From assembly GCA_963839195.1 (NCBI GenBank), contig CAWITS010000005.1:502477-566476 (forward strand): a stretch of 64,000 nucleotides of DNA. Reading direction: 5' to 3'. The notes below the pieces were generated by a model that ran no database searches, had not been told where the DNA came from, and saw only the letters and a program-made list of their open reading frames with translations. Position 1 is the stretch's first letter. Each line of letters starts with the position of its first letter. A program made the translations under genes and the position numbers. Of this stretch, positions 62,595 through 64,000 are shown piece by piece. Source of the stretch: an uncultured Acidobacteriaceae bacterium (lineage in GTDB: Bacteria; Acidobacteriota; Terriglobia; Terriglobales; Acidobacteriaceae).

Positions 62595-63818
62595 TCAAGC
62601 GGGCTGGGCTTGCGGCCTTGATCTCTCACCGAGTTGAAATATCACATACAGAATGGCCAGCATCACGGGAACGGTGAGCTGCAGGTGCGCCCAGCGGGCG
62701 AGCGGGCCGAGCAACGGGAGGGCATAGGCGAGGTAAAGGAGGATTTTGAGTCGAGGCACCGTCGAATCGTCGGGTTGAATTGCGATCCAGTTGGAGAGCA
62801 GCAGGAACGCGGGCGCGAGAATTACCAGGTCGTAGACCGTGAGATGCGGAGCGACCAGCACGGTGGCGAGCAAGACGGCGGAATAACGCATCGGCAAGGA
62901 TAGTTGGCTTTGCCAGCAGCGGGCGGCGAGCGCGAGCACAAAGAGCGCAGTGACGAGATAGAACGCTAAGGCCAGGCTCGGCCACGGGACGAGCATCGTC
63001 CAGAAAGTGCGCAGGCAGTGAGTCTGGTAAAGCCTCGGTTCGAGCAGCGGGAGCACGGTGGAGAGACGGGAAAGAGTCTGGATCCAGGTGCGGAGGGAAT
63101 CGGGGCTGTAGTAAATCCATGCCGCGGCTAGTTGAACGGAGGCAGAGAGCAGCGCGCCTGCGATTACCCTCCAGCGGCGCACGTCAACGAAAATGACTGC
63201 GGCGGCAACGCCGAGTTGAGGCTTGAAGATGAGGCACCCGAGGGCCAGGCCGGCCAGAAATTCGCGCTCCGCCTGCAGGGCGAAGAAGGCCAGGGTGAAG
63301 CAGGCGAGAGCCAGGGCTGAGGTTTGTCCCCAGGCGATCAGGTGCCAGAAGGCAGGGAAGGCGAGTGCAAGGATCAGAATCGTGAATCTGTATTTGCGCA
63401 GGTTGGGGCAGGCGCGCCAGAGGGCATAGACGCAGACGCCGTAAATCAGAGAACTCAACGTGAGCCAGCAGATCAGCGCCCAGGGGTAGGAAAGACGCGC
63501 GAAGGGTGCGAAGAGGATTGACACCTGTGGGGGATAAAGCGGCAGATAGTGAATGCCTGCAGCGGCCGGGACGCGTTGCGCCGCGATTTCGGACTGCGCC
63601 TTCATGTTGTACAGATCGGCGCCGTCGTGCGCCAGGGCGAGCGAGCCGAGCGTGTAGAAATGCAGAAAGTCGGTGCCTTTGAGATTGCCGGCGCGATCAA
63701 GCAGTCCGGGCGCGGCCATGTTCCAGAGGTAGACAGACCAGAGGCTGAGCGCGAGCAGCAGACCGTGTGCGCGCAGGCGCTTAGGGGTCAGCCACGCGGC
63801 GGCTTTCGCTAGGGTCAT
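62595..63818 (-). CDS. DUF2029 / GT87-like polytopic membrane glycosyltransferase
   Basis: 407 aa, about 10 TM. 'NLKGTDFLHFYTLGSLALAHDGADLY ... LPLYPPQVSILFAPF' is typical of DUF2029 mannosyltransferase-like proteins. Confidence 0.65.
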   Translation of the reverse strand: MTLAKAAAWLTPKRLRAHGLLLALSLWSVYLWNMAAPGLLDRAGNLKGTDFLHFYTLGSLALAHDGADLYNMKAQSEIAAQRVPAAAGIHYLPLYPPQVSILFAPFARLSYPWALICWLTLSSLIYGVCVYALWRACPNLRKYRFTILILALAFPAFWHLIAWGQTSALALACFTLAFFALQAEREFLAGLALGCLIFKPQLGVAAAVIFVDVRRWRVIAGALLSASVQLAAAWIYYSPDSLRTWIQTLSRLSTVLPLLEPRLYQTHCLRTFWTMLVPWPSLALAFYLVTALFVLALAARCWQSQLSLPMRYSAVLLATVLVAPHLTVYDLVILAPAFLLLSNWIAIQPDDSTVPRLKILLYLAYALPLLGPLARWAHLQLTVPVMLAILYVIFQLGERSRPQAQPA

Positions 63819-63839
63819 GCGACCGCCATCATACCGAAT

Positions 63840-64000
63840 TCACAAACTTGCGGGAGTCGAGCTTCCATCGCCCCTTCTCGTTATTAGCAAGAGCGGCAGG
63901 ATGAAGGGCACAAAGGGAACCAGCAGTGACGGCAGCAGCCGGATTTGGCTGGGAGAACTCGTGCTCGGCGGAAACAAAAGCAAGGCCAGGGAAATGATCG
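63840..64000 (-). CDS. C-terminal end of a membrane protein (gene runs off the window end)
   Basis: The reverse-strand frame reads ...IISLALLLFPPSTSSPSQIRLLPSLLVPFVPFILPLLLITRRGDGSSTPASL*, with the stop at 63842-63840. Identity unknown. Confidence 0.3.
   Translation of the reverse strand, partial: IISLALLLFPPSTSSPSQIRLLPSLLVPFVPFILPLLLITRRGDGSSTPASL

Overview
GC-rich 64-kb chromosomal window. The gene content and repeat families look like an Acidobacteriota (Terriglobia-like) genome. This is an inference from the CarboxypepD_reg-type TonB receptor with a VWA partner, a BamA-TamB operon, and dense REP-like repeats. No database search was run, so all product names come from motifs I could read in the translations.

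Gene order:
- pgk (partial) and gap
- a PPOX-like protein
- an RGG-rich P-loop kinase
- an isochorismatase-like hydrolase
- tRNA-Gln(CUG)
- a GCPII-like M28 peptidase and an amidohydrolase
- a TonB-dependent receptor plus a VWA protein
- thiF
- bamA / surA-like / tamB, with overlapping stops and starts, then pcm
- a 14-kb minus-strand nuo cluster in the order A-C-D-E-F-(DinB)-G-H-J-K-L-M-N. It visibly lacks nuoB and nuoI and carries an embedded DinB-family gene.
- a hypothetical gene, an orphan thiS, a MerR regulator and a small Zn-ribbon ORF
- ribBA, immediately preceded by a brnT-brnA toxin-antitoxin pair
- an AT-richer islet with a second brnTA pair, a DUF4126 protein and small ORFs
- a REC-PilZ-PilZ protein
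- a Pit phosphate transporter
- a 14-kb plus-strand array (48.4-62.5 kb), followed by a minus-strand GT87/DUF2029 membrane protein

The plus-strand array starts with an unusual lipid-tailoring cluster: a HAD-like/FAR fusion, a second thioester-reductase-type SDR, a pyruvyl-transferase-like protein, two acyl-AMP ligases, a crotonase, a stand-alone ACP and a DAGK-type lipid kinase. It continues with a split Trx/VKOR pair, an LRV-repeat membrane protein and an esterase.

Most interesting observations:
1. The lipid cluster fits no named pathway that I know.
2. A family of very long intercistronic hairpins has arms that are themselves tandem 7-8-nt repeats. Each hairpin fills the spacer between co-transcribed genes: nuoH/J, nuoE/F, upstream of nuoA, and ACP/ligase.
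3. The nuo cluster is missing the two Fe-S subunits B and I.
4. brnTA is apparently co-transcribed with ribBA.
5. There are several modular REP families.

Start codons are best guesses. Several long ORF-track extensions simply translate repeats.
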